Shown: one piece after another, positions 1-11,206 of the stretch
Layout: each line of letters starts with the position of its first letter
Numbering within the stretch: the first letter of the stretch is position 1
Source: Octopus vulgaris
Lineage: Eukaryota
DNA length: 64,000 nt
Direction: 5' to 3'
Assembly: GCA_951406725.2 (NCBI GenBank)
Contig: OX597820.1
Span: forward strand, 14,136,001 to 14,200,000
Program-made: the position numbers and the translations under genes
Notes under the pieces: model-generated
The model's database searches: none
Told to the model about the DNA's origin: nothing
What the model saw: only the letters and a program-made list of their open reading frames with translations

Positions 1-87
1 ATATTTTTCTTGGGAAAAGGATGAACTGTTTTAATTCATAAATTTGTTTTGCAAAATTCTTGATGTGAAATTACATGCTGAAACATA

Positions 88-665
88 CACAGATATGCAG
101 GAAGTAAATAGACACCTTTAATTTTCAAAATCTTTTATTTGATATTAATTGGTTGAAGGAGAGGTTTTCTTCTAGCTGTTCGTCCATAATACCCAAGCTT
201 ATGCAGATATGTAACACACGTTCTTGGACTAACTTGTAGCTGTTTTGCAATGTCAGAAGACTTTGAATGGGGTTCGTTTTCCACAATTCTCTTCAAACAG
301 TGAAGCTTCCTTTCAAAGGGTCCTGGTCAGCCAGGATGAGAATCTGTTGATTCTTTTCCTTGGCTTTTGAATTGCACTATAATTCTATTAACAGTAGCAA
401 GAGAAATTTGAAGATTTCTGGCAATTTTTTGCTGGCTAAAACCAGCCTTAGATTGCCCAACAATACGACCTCTTTGAAAATCTGACAGTTCTGCTGAACT
501 TTCTGTGCATGGTATGGTTACTCTTCATAAATGTTTAATATAATGGCATCTGGAATGAAAAAGAATAATTAGATTGTAAATTCTACACCGCTGAAAACAT
601 ATTAAGACACTTAGATCAGACATTTTGAAAATTAAAGGTGTCTATTTACTTCCTGCATGTCTGTG
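88..665 (-). mobile_element. Internally deleted Tc1-family DNA transposon (TIRs, TA target duplication, N-terminal transposase fragment)
   Basis: About 44-bp terminal inverted repeats (cacagatatgcaggaagtaaatagacacctttaattttcaaaat and its complement at 622-665, 1 mismatch) flanked by TA. The minus strand translates to ELSDFQRGRIVG...LQISLATVNRII...HPG*PG...LHKLGYYGRTARRKPLL, a typical Tc1 HTH region with a stop; the DDE domain is absent. Confidence 0.9.
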
Positions 666-900
666 TATATTGATATATTTTGGGTGGGTCATTTTCTTTT
701 TGCCAAATAAACACATGCACTGTAAATTCGTTCTTCACTTCAGCTTTATTATTGTTCTTATTTTTGTGTCCCTTGTCTTAAGTCTTTTGTCACACCTCCT
801 GTGACCTCTTCAGTGACTCTCCATCCTATGTGTCTCCTCCTGCCCTGTTTTGGTCCATTCTGTCTTTCTAGTAAGCGAGTATGGAAAAGTGGACGTTAAA

Positions 901-1330
901 TGATGACAACAACAATGATGGTGATGATGCTGATGCTGGTGATGATGATGACGATGAAATCAATAATGATGATGATGATGATGGCGACAATGATAATGGT
1001 GATAATGATGATGATAACGATGAGGATGATGGTGATGATGATGGGATTATGACAATGATGATGATGATGATGGCAATGATGATGATGGCAATGATGATGA
1101 TGACAACAATGATGATGACGACAACAATGATGATGATGATGGTGGTGATGATGGTGGTGGTGATGACGATGATGATGATGAAGACGACAATGATGATGAC
1201 AACGATGATGATGATGAAGATGATACTGCTACTGATGACAACGATGACAATGATGATGATGATGATGATGATGACAATGATGGTGATGACAGGATAGGTG
1301 ATGATGACAATGATGAGGATGCTGACAACA
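901..1330. repeat. Degenerate (GAT)n trinucleotide microsatellite
   Basis: gatgatgat run with gac/ggt/aat variants; source of the poly-D/M/I/S ORFs. Confidence 0.95.
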
Positions 1331-2020
1331 TTATACACGTCCTTTCTTTATTAAGACAAGCGAATGTTCTTTTGAGAGAATTTCGCTACTATTTCCAAAC
1401 ACTCGAAAGACAACCTAGAAGAATCTCTCTCTCTCTCTCATTGGCTCATTAAAATTATTTGTGGTTGAAACTGGTTTATAAGATTTCCTTGGTCCATTAT
1501 ATCAATGATAAAGTCACATGATCTTATCATAATGTTGTCTGGCTATAGAATGATAGATATTGCATTGTGCTATTTTTATATATTGTCTCTCTCTCTCTCT
1601 GATCTTCGTTGCCATAGTCTGCAGTAAGGAATGCGGTAATCATTTGGAGATTGACATTAATGGAAAAGTCAATACATTCTCTGCAAAGTTTTGGTGTGTT
1701 CAGAGATGAGGTGTGTTCACATATTACTAAACTGGCTTCATGGCAAAGCATTGCATTTCTGTGTTGTTCTTATTGCTCTTGTTGTTGTTGCTGTTGTTCT
1801 TTAGCCTTAGTGTAGTAGGCTGGTAAAATTGTTAAAGCATTGGATAAAATACCATGAGCTTTTTTAAAACTTTTTCTTCTGGTACTTTGCATTCCGGTTT
1901 CAAATCCTGTCAAAGTCAGTTTTGCCTTTCATCCTTTCAGGGTTGATAAGCACATAAACGTGAGACAAGGTGGGAAAAAATAGTACTCAAATACCGGAGG
2001 TAGAGTAATATGCTTTATTA

Positions 2021-2058
2021 TTGTCTGACGAACAGGTACATGAAACTCTGAGCAACAG
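2021..2058 (+). ncRNA. Decayed minimal hammerhead ribozyme motif in a Penelope-like end fragment
   Basis: tgt-CTGACGA-acaggtacat-GAAAC-tctga-GCA-aca. Core boxes and a short stem I (tgt/aca) are present, but the cleavage triplet is mutated and stem II is weak. Followed by (TA)n. Confidence 0.4.
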
Positions 2059-2102
2059 TTCTTTTGTGATATTTTGTAATGTTTTTATGGCTTTAACAAG
2101 TT

Positions 2103-2140
<38 letters not shown>

Positions 2141-2330
2141 TATATAAGTAAATAAATGGTACAACGAAGTACCGATATTTACTGGAAAATAGCGATCGTA
2201 ATAAATACGATGCTATTGTATAGCTTCACTGCGTATATACTAGCAAAGATGCGTGTGTGTGTGCAACAAACATGAAAAAAACTTGTCTTACCTCTAGGAA
2301 GAACATCTGATAAATGGAAAACCTAGAATC

Positions 2331-2411
2331 GGATAATGCAGGACCCGTTTCAGACTCTTCAAATACGTTTGACAACGTAGATTTGATTTGTCCTCATCAG
2401 CTGCATATACC
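2331..2411 (-). ncRNA. Type I hammerhead ribozyme
   Basis: Minus strand reads atgcag-CTGATGA-ggac...gtct-GAAAC-gg-GTC-ctgcat: perfect 6-bp stem I, stem II with an internal hairpin (tacgtt/aacgta), minimal stem III and a GUC cleavage site between plus positions 2342 and 2341. Confidence 0.8.
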
Positions 2412-3235
2412 TAGACAAAATTTCAAATGTTGCCACATCTATGCTAGTACACTCATCTGAACGCCAAAACGTTAACAGAACGAGAACAGTGAAGAAGTTT
2501 CAATGAAAATAGTAATGCAATACGAAAGTATTGCTTTCCTGTAAAAGATAGCCCGTAAGGGTAAAATTATACATATATATGTATGAATGTATGTATGTAT
2601 GAATGGATCACAGGTCCTTTCCAAGCCATAAGCTCATAAGGTTGACATCCTTATATTCCCCCATCTTCCTAGGATGCAAGTCCATTGCAAGATTACTCAT
2701 TTTCCACCTACCCAATTGGACTTGAACAACTTGAAATGAACACAACGCATTCTTGGTCCAGGAATCGAAACCGCGATCTTATGATCATAAGTCCAACACC
2801 CTTAACCACTAAACTACATGCCTTTGCACTTTGTCAGAGGGGCCCAACAAGAACTGAGCCAGTCTTCACCTGCAGAAGGGTTCGAATTGTGGTCTGTGTT
2901 TCCTTTGCCTCTTTACATTCTGGTTTCAAATCTCATTGAGGACAACCTTGTCTTCCATCCATTCAGCATCAATGAAATCAGGTACCAGTCATGTACTGAG
3001 GTCTATGGCATCAACTAAACCCTCCCACTTAAAATTATTTACTTTGTGTTTTAATCAGAAATCATTGTTATTTAACCCTAGATTATCAGACTTATTAGCA
3101 AATATGTTCCAACTGTGACCATTCCATCTTTTCATAGATATTGTATACCACAGACGAAAGTATCTGTGACCAGGGTCTAGGTTTACAATCAAAGAATTTG
3201 GTGCTTTGTAATGTATTAACAAAAATATTTTGTAA

Positions 3236-3393
3236 TAGGTGCAGGTGTGGCTGTGTGGTAAGAAGCTTGCTTCCCAACCACATGGTTCTAGGTTCAATCC
3301 CACTGCATGGTACCTTGGACAAGTGTCTTTTACTAGTTTCAAACTGACCAAAACCTTAAGAGTGAATTTAGTTAATGGAAACTGAAAGACGTC

Positions 3394-3434
<41 letters not shown>

Positions 3435-3660
3435 TACATATATATCTATGTATGTGTGTCTTTGTGTCTGTGTTTGTCCCCCGCATCAATGCTTGACAAC
3501 CAGTGTTAGTGCATTTACGTCCCCGTAACTTAGTGGTTTGGCAAAAAAGACCGATAGAATGAGTACTAGGTTAAAAAACCTGGGGTTGATTTGTTCAACT
3601 AAAAACCCTTCAAGGCAGTGCTCCAGTATGGACACAGTCAAATGACTGAAGCAAACAAGA
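3236..3660 (+). mobile_element. tRNA-derived CORE-like SINE (family A; dominant family, roughly 20 copies or fragments in the window)
   Basis: Head ggctgtgtggtaagaagcttgcttcccaaccacatggttc, core accttgggcaagtgtcttc, internal (TA)/(TG) tract, tail gtcaaatgactgaaacaag. Confidence 0.85.
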
Positions 3661-3706
3661 GAACAAAAGTTTTAAAAAAATAAATTTTAAAATATATGAA
3701 GAATAC

Positions 3707-4090
3707 AGGCGTGGCTGTGTGGTAAGAAGCTTGCTTCCCAACCACATGGTTCCAGGTTCAATCCCACTGCATGACGCATTGAGCAAGTATCTTCTACTGT
3801 AGTCTCGGGCTGACCAAAGCCTTGTCAATGGATTTGGTAGATGGAAACTGAAAGAATCATGTCATATGTATGTAAGTATGCATTTGTGTGTATGTCTGTG
3901 TTTGTCCCACTACCATTGCTTGACAACTGATGTTGGTGTGTTTATGTCCCCGTACCTTAGCGTTTTGGCAAAAGAGACCGATAAAATAAGTACTAGGCTT
4001 ACAAAGAATAAGTCCCGGAGTCAGTTTGTTCGACTGAAGGCGGTGCTCCAGCATGGCCGTAGTCAAATGACTGAAACAAGTAAATGAAAT
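3707..4090 (+). mobile_element. SINE family A copy, tandem with the previous copy
   Basis: Same head, core and tail as 3236-3660. Confidence 0.85.
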
Positions 4091-4351
4091 GAATAAATGA
4101 ATATATATATATATACAGACAGACAATAGGTGAGAGCTACATATGCACAGTATAGAAAACACATTGTAGTGCTCAAAGGAATTTGAACTTGAACTCTGAA
4201 TTTTTCATCCAGGACTAGGGCCACAGTGTCAAGAGCATCTACCAATCTTCTTTTAATGAATGAAGCAACACTTATGGTAATATCTTTGTGTGACTACTTA
4301 CTGGTTGCATAGCCGAAACATTTTGCACATTAAATCTCATATTCTGTTCAT

Positions 4352-4355
<4 letters not shown>

Positions 4356-4385
<30 letters not shown>

Positions 4386-4700
4386 AATTATTGTATACAG
4401 TGCTCAGGTGCATCACAACTTGTCAGAAAGTGCGTATAAAGTATATGCAGTAATGTACAAATGTCTGGAAAGTGAACAATGTATGAGTCAGATACATGCT
4501 TGTGTGTATGGAGGGGAGAAAATCAGGTGTAGTGTTGGCGAATCTCAGAAAGCATGGAAGTTTTGATGGATGCAGTGCTCCAACAACTAACAACTGATGC
4601 CTGCAGTTGGTTCCATGCTTCAGCAACTCTCAGCATGAAAAAATGTTTCCTAAAGTCATGGGAGCTGTGCTGTTTTCTGACTTTGTAAATATGTCTACGA
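4356..4700 (-). mobile_element. CR1-like LINE 3' end
   Basis: Minus strand YKVRKQHSSHDFRKHFFMLRVAEAWNQLQASVV resembles the CR1 ORF2 C-terminal RxxFFxxRVxxxWNxLP motif, followed by a short UTR and an (ATT)n tail. Confidence 0.75.
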
Positions 4701-4977
4701 TTATTACTACGTAAATCTGAGCTTCCTGAAACAGCTGTCAAGTAAAGAAATTGCGTATTCTCTTCTTGGTAATCTGTATTTTTTATGTTCTATGTAAATA
4801 TATTTGTATGTGTGTGTGTGTATGTGTGTGTGTGTGTGTGTATGAGTGTATGCCTTTATCTTTCTGAATATATATATATATATATATGTGTTTTCTATAA
4901 TGTGTTTTCTATACTGTGCATATGTAGCTTTCACCTATTGTCTGTCTGTATATATATATATATATTCATTTATATAG

Positions 4978-5320
4978 TGAAGGCGCATGGCTCAGTGGTT
5001 AGAGCGTCGAGCTTACGATCGTGAGGTTGTGAGCTCGAATCCCGGACCGGGCTGCGTGTTGTGTTCTCGAGCAAGGCACTTTATTTCACGTTGCTCCAGT
5101 TCACTCAGCTGTAGAAATGAGTTGCGACGTCACAGGTGCCAAGCTGTATCGACCTTTGTCTTTCCCTTGGATAACACTGGTGGCGTGGAGAGGGGAGGCT
5201 GGTATGCATGGGCGACTGCTAGCCTTCCATAAACAACCTTGCCCGGACTTGTGTCTAGGAGGGTAACTTTCTAGGTGCAATCCCATGGTCATTCATGACC
5301 GAAGGGGGTCTTTACCCTTT
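4978..5320 (+). mobile_element. Near full-length tRNA-derived SINE (family C)
   Basis: A box tggctcagtgg, B-box-like gctcgaatccc, body ttctcgagcaaggcactttatttcac, tail tttacccttt. Related heads at about 11345-11495(-), 14565-14852(-) and 55495-55710(-). Confidence 0.85.
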
Positions 5321-5363
5321 ATATATATATCAAACCTAATTGTTTTTATCTGCAGCACTACAC

Positions 5364-5408
<45 letters not shown>

Positions 5409-6028
5409 CATACATATATATATATATATATACACACTTATGTATGTATGTAGGTATTGATCTTGGCAAGCTTGGATCTTTGATTTATCTCAGTTGTTCT
5501 GCTATTTATTTCAATCGCATATAATCCTAACTGGAATAGTCCAACATCACAACCTAATGGAAAAACATTAAAAGAGCTGAGACAACAAAAGAATCCTTCC
5601 ACTACGTAGCTGATACATTTGCTAGAAATAACAGCTAACTTCCCTTCAAATCATATCCTGCCATCTTTTAAAAACTGGATCTACTCATTGAATTATGTTG
5701 TCAAAAACACTGTTTTATTATTTTTTTTATTTTTTACTTGTTTCTGCCATTGGCTGTGGCCATGATGGGGCATCGCCTTGAAGAGTTCAGTTGAAGAAAT
5801 TACCCTAAGTAATTACATTCATTTTTAAACTCTAGTAGTTAGATATTTGGTATAAGTGACCAATAGACTAAGTACCAGGAGTGGCTGTGTGGTAAGTAGC
5901 TTACTCCCCAACCACATGGTTTCAGGTTCAGTCCCACTGCATAGCACCTTGGGCAAGTGTCTTCTACTATAGCCTCGGGCCAACCAAAGCCTTGTGAGTA
6001 GATTTGGTAGACATAAACTGAAAGAAGA

Positions 6029-6061
<33 letters not shown>

Positions 6062-6065
<4 letters not shown>

Positions 6066-6440
6066 GAAAGGTAAAAAGAAAAAGTGAAAATGCATTGGAT
6101 ACTAAAAAATAAAGGCTTTTTTTTATGACAGTAACGATACAATTAGATATACAATTAGATAAACTGAGGTAGAATTAAGAGGAATTAAATTCATTATTTT
6201 GAATTGCTAAAGAGATTGAAAGTCATACTGGTATCGTCAAAAGCTGTTCACTGACTTTGATGATACCAGTATGATTTTGAATCTTCTTTAACAATTCTTT
6301 TATACCTCTTAATTCTACCTCAGTTCATCTAATTGTATATACATATATATATATATATATATAGTTACTTTTCATAAAAAAAGCCTTTATTTCATTTATA
6401 TCCAATGTGCATTTTCCTGTTTTTGTTTTTACTTTTCCCC
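6062..6440. repeat. Long imperfect palindrome (foldback) next to (TA)n
   Basis: The left arm (ggggaaaggtaaaaag...catactggtatcgtcaaa) is the reverse complement of the right arm (tttgatgataccagtatg...tttacttttcccc); loop at about 6242-6255. Confidence 0.85.
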
Positions 6441-6499
6441 CATTTATACCACATGTAGTCTCTTTTCTCTTCGAAACCTATTTCTATTATATAAATATA

Positions 6500-6815
6500 T
6501 CATCCTCATCATCATCATCGTTTAAAGTCCGCTTTCCATGCCAACCACTCCGAGAGTGTAGTGGGTGCTTTTACGTGTCACCGGCACGAGGGCCAGTCAG
6601 GCGGTACTGGCAACGGTCACACTCAAGTGGGGTTTTCTACATGCCACCTGCACAGGAGCCAGTCCAGTGGCATTGGCAACAACCTTGCTTGAATGTTTTT
6701 CACGTGCCAGTAAGGTGATGCTGGTAACAATCATATTTGAAACGGTGCTTTTTACATACCACTGGCACGGAAGTGAGTCAGCTGCTCTGGCAATGATCAC
6801 GCTCGGATGGTGATT
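6500..6815 (-). mobile_element. RTE LINE 3' UTR fragment with (TGA)n tail
   Basis: (cat)n-cgtttaaagtccgctttccatg followed by GC-rich ~60-bp subrepeats; same family as 32580-33510. Confidence 0.75.
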
Positions 6816-6980
6816 TTTCCCTTGTTAACAATTAACATGGAAAAAATAGATAAATATTTACCAGAGTAGCAAAAAAAATCACACAGGTAAAAAGGGCATG
6901 ACACCTTGTTTTTAAAGGTAGAAACTCCAGGTTTACGTGAAATATTTTGTATAGTATATATAAATAAATATAAATAAATA

Positions 6981-7762
6981 AATGGAGTTAAATGCAGGTG
7001 TTATTCAAATTCTTTTACTTCCAACACATGTTTCGAAGATATCATTGGTATTATTCCAAAGGAATAAAATGGTGTAAAGCAATGTAATCTTCTCTTCAAG
7101 GAAATGAAGAAATAAAACTCGTCAATAAGACATTTTAACAGAATATGATGGATATGTAAAGTGATGAACTAAATGCTATTCCAGTTATCTACATGAATTT
7201 CTAATCATTACTCTACATTTAGGGATAGGAATAAACATAACAGTATAGGGCTTAGTAAATTAATTTGGTATCTAAAAGACCATAATAAACAATTTAATTT
7301 AGATTGGTTGATTCTCTCAATTTCTTTCCCTTATGATAAAGGCAAGGAATTCTGTCTTCTCTGTAATTCTGAACTACTTTTTATTCTTTTTTCTAAAAAT
7401 TCCCTTGTAAACACGATTATAGAGTGTGCTTACTGATGTAAGCATTGGCAGAAACACACCTTTAGTTCATATAAGTGATATCTATCATTATATATAATTT
7501 AAAAATTGATTTTCTTCTTACGTTTCACTTTCACTAGGCTACCTTTGATGTTATATCCTCTAACGATTTAAAAAAAAACTTAATAGTGTTAAATCATCAC
7601 TTTATATATCCATCATATTCTGTTAAAATTTCTTATTGACGAGTTTTATTTCTTCATTTCCCTGAAGAGAAGATTACATTGTTTTACACCATTTTATTCC
7701 TTTGGAATAATACCAATGATATCTTTGAAATGTGTCGAATAACACCTGCGTTTAACTCCATT
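6981..7762 (+). mobile_element. Penelope-like element remnant: inverted pLTR-like arms with hammerhead motifs enclosing the ORF C-terminus
   Basis: Arms 6981-7180 and 7582-7762 are inverted copies. The interior 7197-7478 reads ISNHYSTFRDRNKHNSIGLSKLIWYLKDHNKQFNLDWLIL...FCLLCNSELLFILFSKNSLVNTIIECAY*CKHWQKH, matching the LSKxIWxLK / CxLC / CxH pattern of PLE GIY-YIG C-termini. CTGAAGA at 7662 and GAAAC-atgt-GTT on the left arm minus strand. Confidence 0.8.
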
Positions 7763-7763
7763 T

Positions 7764-7804
<41 letters not shown>

Positions 7805-7829
7805 TACATAGATACATACATACATGTAT

Positions 7830-8185
7830 GTATGTATGCAGATTTGTATATTTTGCTTTATGTATGTATTCTCATGCATATAGTTGCATATCTAGACATG
7901 CTCATATATATTTAAACGATAAACTTCAAGAAAGTTTTACAGATTTTTACAATTCCAGTGATGGCATGAATCTGTAGTCTTCAAATTAGCATTCTCCTTT
8001 CTGCTTTTGGGAAGCCTAAATTCTCATGATTGGTATTTAGGCCGTGTGTTACATATCCCAGGGCTCCAATAATTACAGGTATAAACCTGGACTTGTAATC
8101 TGGATAGAGTAATTGCAGATTTCTCAATTATTCAATATCAGTATTTTCTTTTTCACTGATCTTCAAATTTATGTTAACATCTACT
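7830..8185 (-). mobile_element. 3' end of a restriction-like-endonuclease LINE associated with (TACA)n
   Basis: Minus strand VDVNINLKISEKENTDIE*LRNLQLLYPDYKSRFIPVIIGALG...ICKTFLKF; same family as 62160-62935; flanked by (TATG)n. Confidence 0.8.
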
Positions 8186-8239
8186 GTATGTATGTATATA
8201 TGTATGTATGTTTGTATGTATGTATGTATGCATGCATGT

Positions 8240-8760
8240 ATAGCTATTGATCGTAGCAGGTGGAGAAGTATTGTGCATGAGGGGACAGCTACTTTTGAGA
8301 AATCTCGAGTTGCGCATGAGTAAGTAAGGAGGGATGTCAGGAAGGGCATCGCTGTTACACTTCCAGATGAGAAGCGTCTGCCTATGATGCTGACATGCAA
8401 TGTCTATGCAAGACCCTGCCTCAGTAAAGCTGGACTCATGAGTCATCTTCGTAGTCATAAAGCGAGACAGATGAGTGACAACCTGGCCACTGGTGGTAGT
8501 GTAACACACCATACTAATCATATCTGTCAGGCATTTGGAAGAGAGTGTAATTCGGTAGGAGGACTTAAACGACATGCAAAGGTACATGAAGCCCAGTTAC
8601 AACTACAGCCGGCTATTGCCAGTAAAGGTTTTACCTGCCAGTTCTGTACAAGACATTGTAGATCTTTAGATGGGCTAAAAAGTCACATTCGATCACTGCA
8701 CCAATAACAGTTAAGCTTCATGCAATGGCCATACTTGATAACGAGGGGCAGCAATCATGT
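8240..8760 (+). mobile_element. RTE-like LINE 3' end with three C2H2-like zinc fingers
   Basis: AIDRSRWRSIVHEG...TCNVYARPCLSKAGLMSHLRSH...ICQAFGRECNSVGGLKRHAKVH...FTCQFCTRHCRSLDGLKSHIRS, then a short UTR and a (TATG)n tail. Confidence 0.8.
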
Positions 8761-8999
8761 ATGTATGTATGTATGTACATAAGCGTGTGTTTGTTTGTGT
8801 GTGTATTTGTCCCCTACAATCACTTCACAATCAGTATTGGTTTGTTTATATCAAGCAGTTCAGGAAAGGGGACCGCTAGAATAACTACCAGACTTAAAAA
8901 ATAAATATCGGAGCCAATTTACTTAACTACACCATTCAAGGTGGTGCCCCAGCATGGACACAGTCAAATGGCTAAAACAAATAAAAAACAGATATATCA

Positions 9000-9370
9000 T
9001 TTTCCCATCCTTTAACAATTCTTCTCGCTCACCAATATTATCAGATGTCGATAATATTGTTCTTGATGTAATAAAAACCATCTTCCAGTACTTATCTTAT
9101 CTGCCAGTTCTTATTCGGTTGACCTTAGAAGCATCAAATTGCTTTTTGATATGATTAATTCTTGGTCCATACAGCCCCAGGGAGTACATGGAGAAACGGT
9201 AGGAGAGAAGCTCCCTTTCTATAAATACTGTGATATGAGAGAGAACAAAGAGTAGCACAGACAGGCCATCACCCTGCAGGACGCCTTTTATAATTGTGTA
9301 TTACATCAGATGTTATTAGTTTGTTTCAGTCGCTCAGAAATAAAGTAGTTACACCATGTTTTCATTCGGT
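9000..9370 (-). mobile_element. Decayed non-LTR reverse transcriptase fragment
   Basis: Minus strand contains KGVLQGDGLSVLLFVL (RT QGDxLSxLLF motif) with frameshifts. Confidence 0.6.
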
Positions 9371-9387
9371 GATCAATGAATAAGAGA

Positions 9388-9832
9388 TGCGTGTGTGTGT
9401 GTGTGCATGTGTGTGTGCATGTGTGTGTGTATGTGTGCATCTGTGTGTGTGCATGTGTGCATGGGTGTGTGTGTGTGTATGTGTGCAACTGTGTGCATGT
9501 GTGTGTGTGAATGTGTGTGAATGTGTGTGCGTGTGCATGCATGTGTGTGTGCACATGTATGTGTACCCATGTGTGCAAGTGCGCATGTGTGTATTTGTAT
9601 ATGTGTGTGTGTTTGTGTATGTGTGCACGTGTGTGTGTATGTATGTGTGCGTGTGTATGTGTGATGTGTATGTGTGTTTTGTGTGTGTGAATGCATGTGT
9701 GCTTTGTGTGTGTGTGTGTGTGCGTGTTTTGTGTGTGTGCGTGTTTTGTGTGTGTGTGCATGTATGTATGTGCACATGTGTGTGCGTGTGTGTGTGCATG
9801 TGTGCATATGCATGTGTTTGTGTGCGTGTGTG
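9388..9832. repeat. Degenerate (TG)n/(TGCA) microsatellite
   Basis: About 445 bp of tg repeats with gca/gta interruptions. Confidence 0.95.
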
Positions 9833-10194
9833 TATTAACCAACTGCACAACCGTCAGATTCATTCAGCTTCTTACTCTGTCTTCCGGGATCCTTTTTTTT
9901 CTTATCTTTTATCTTTTTTTAGTATCTTTTACTTGTTTCAGTCATTAAACTGTGGCCATGCTGGGGCACCATCTCGAAGGGCTTGTTCAACCAAGTTGAC
10001 GACTCCAGTATTTATTTATTTTTTGTTAGTCTGGTGCTCGTCAGTTTATCTACCTATTCTGCTGGACCACAAAGTTACAGGGATGTCAACAAACCAACAC
10101 TGGTTGTCTAGTATGTTGTTGTTGTTGGTGGTGGTGGTGGAAAGACAAACAAACATAAAGACATACATACACACACACACAGACAACTAGACAA

Positions 10195-10235
<41 letters not shown>

Positions 10236-10919
10236 AGCACATGGCCTAATGGTTAGAATGCTACACACAAAATCACAAGACCAAGTGTGTGTGTTTCAAT
10301 TCCTAGATCAGGTGGTGTGTTGTGTTCTTGAGCAAGTCACTTCATCTCATGTTGCTCTGCCACCGCTTGACACCTGATGTGTGGTACACCTGTGCACCTG
10401 TTCAGACAATATTGATTTGAGGGACAGAGTGAGCTAACGTGTGGCATGAATGTTTGACCACTATACACAAATCATTCGTACAGGTCATTCGGCAAAAGCT
10501 GACCACTCATATATCATCTTATACATTTTATCCGCCTATTTTGATGGACCACAAAGTTACAGGGACGTCAACAGACCAACACTGGTTATCTAGTGTGGTC
10601 GCGGTGGCGGTGGTGGTGATGGCGGAAGGACAAACAAACATAAAGACACCCCACCTCTACCCCAACCCTCAGCCTAACCCACACTGCACCCGTGCTTTCC
10701 CCACCTCCCAACACCATCAACCACACCACACTACACCATACCACACAACACATCACAACACACCACCACTGACCAATTCCCATCCCTTCATTTTCACACC
10801 TACACATACATACACGTCAAGATCACAAGCCCTATTTCACTCACACGTACTCTCTTACACACACACGCACCTTTGTTTTGGGATCACTACTACTTTGTTA
10901 TCTCCCCTACTTCTTAGCT

Positions 10920-11140
10920 CTCCTGTGTGACCCTTCTGTCCGGCATTTGCCATGGTAGATTGCTAGCCACTACACATTCTTTATTTTCTCTCCTTGTTTC
11001 TTTCTGTGTTCCTTTCTGTGGAAGAGCGTCGGCTCGAAACATTAAAGACTTTTTCAATTCCCGAGCGTTAAACTAATACATCTGTTTGTTTTCTACACCA
11101 CCTGTCTTCATCTTTTGTTTTTTAGTGAACTCTCCCCCTA
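10920..11140 (+). mobile_element. Penelope-like end fragment with a variant hammerhead-like motif
   Basis: cttt-CTGTGGAA-gagc-gtcg-gctc-GAAAC-ATT-aaag at 11011-11048: stem I cttt/aaag, perfect stem II gagc/gctc, non-canonical core. Confidence 0.4.
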
Positions 11141-11159
11141 CATACACACAGACAACCAG

Positions 11160-11206
<47 letters not shown>

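Noticed and set aside
868-1338. Long ORFs rich in D/M/I/S
   Set aside because: Translations of a (GAT)n microsatellite.
4983-5056. tRNA gene
   Set aside because: The tRNA-like head continues into a SINE body and tail, and no clean acceptor stem is seen.
7432-7437. In-frame TGA near Cys as selenocysteine in the PLE tail
   Set aside because: A single stop in a decayed copy is more simply CGA>TGA decay, and no SECIS was identified.
8384-8707. Host C2H2 zinc-finger gene
   Set aside because: It is preceded in frame by a LINE DRxxWR motif, lacks TGEKP linkers and is followed by a LINE-type tail.
9306-10190. Longest ORFs (267 aa Cys/Val-rich; His/Thr-rich on the minus strand)
   Set aside because: Produced by (TG)n and adjacent SINE sequence. 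The same applies to the many YIYI/HTHT ORFs throughout the window.
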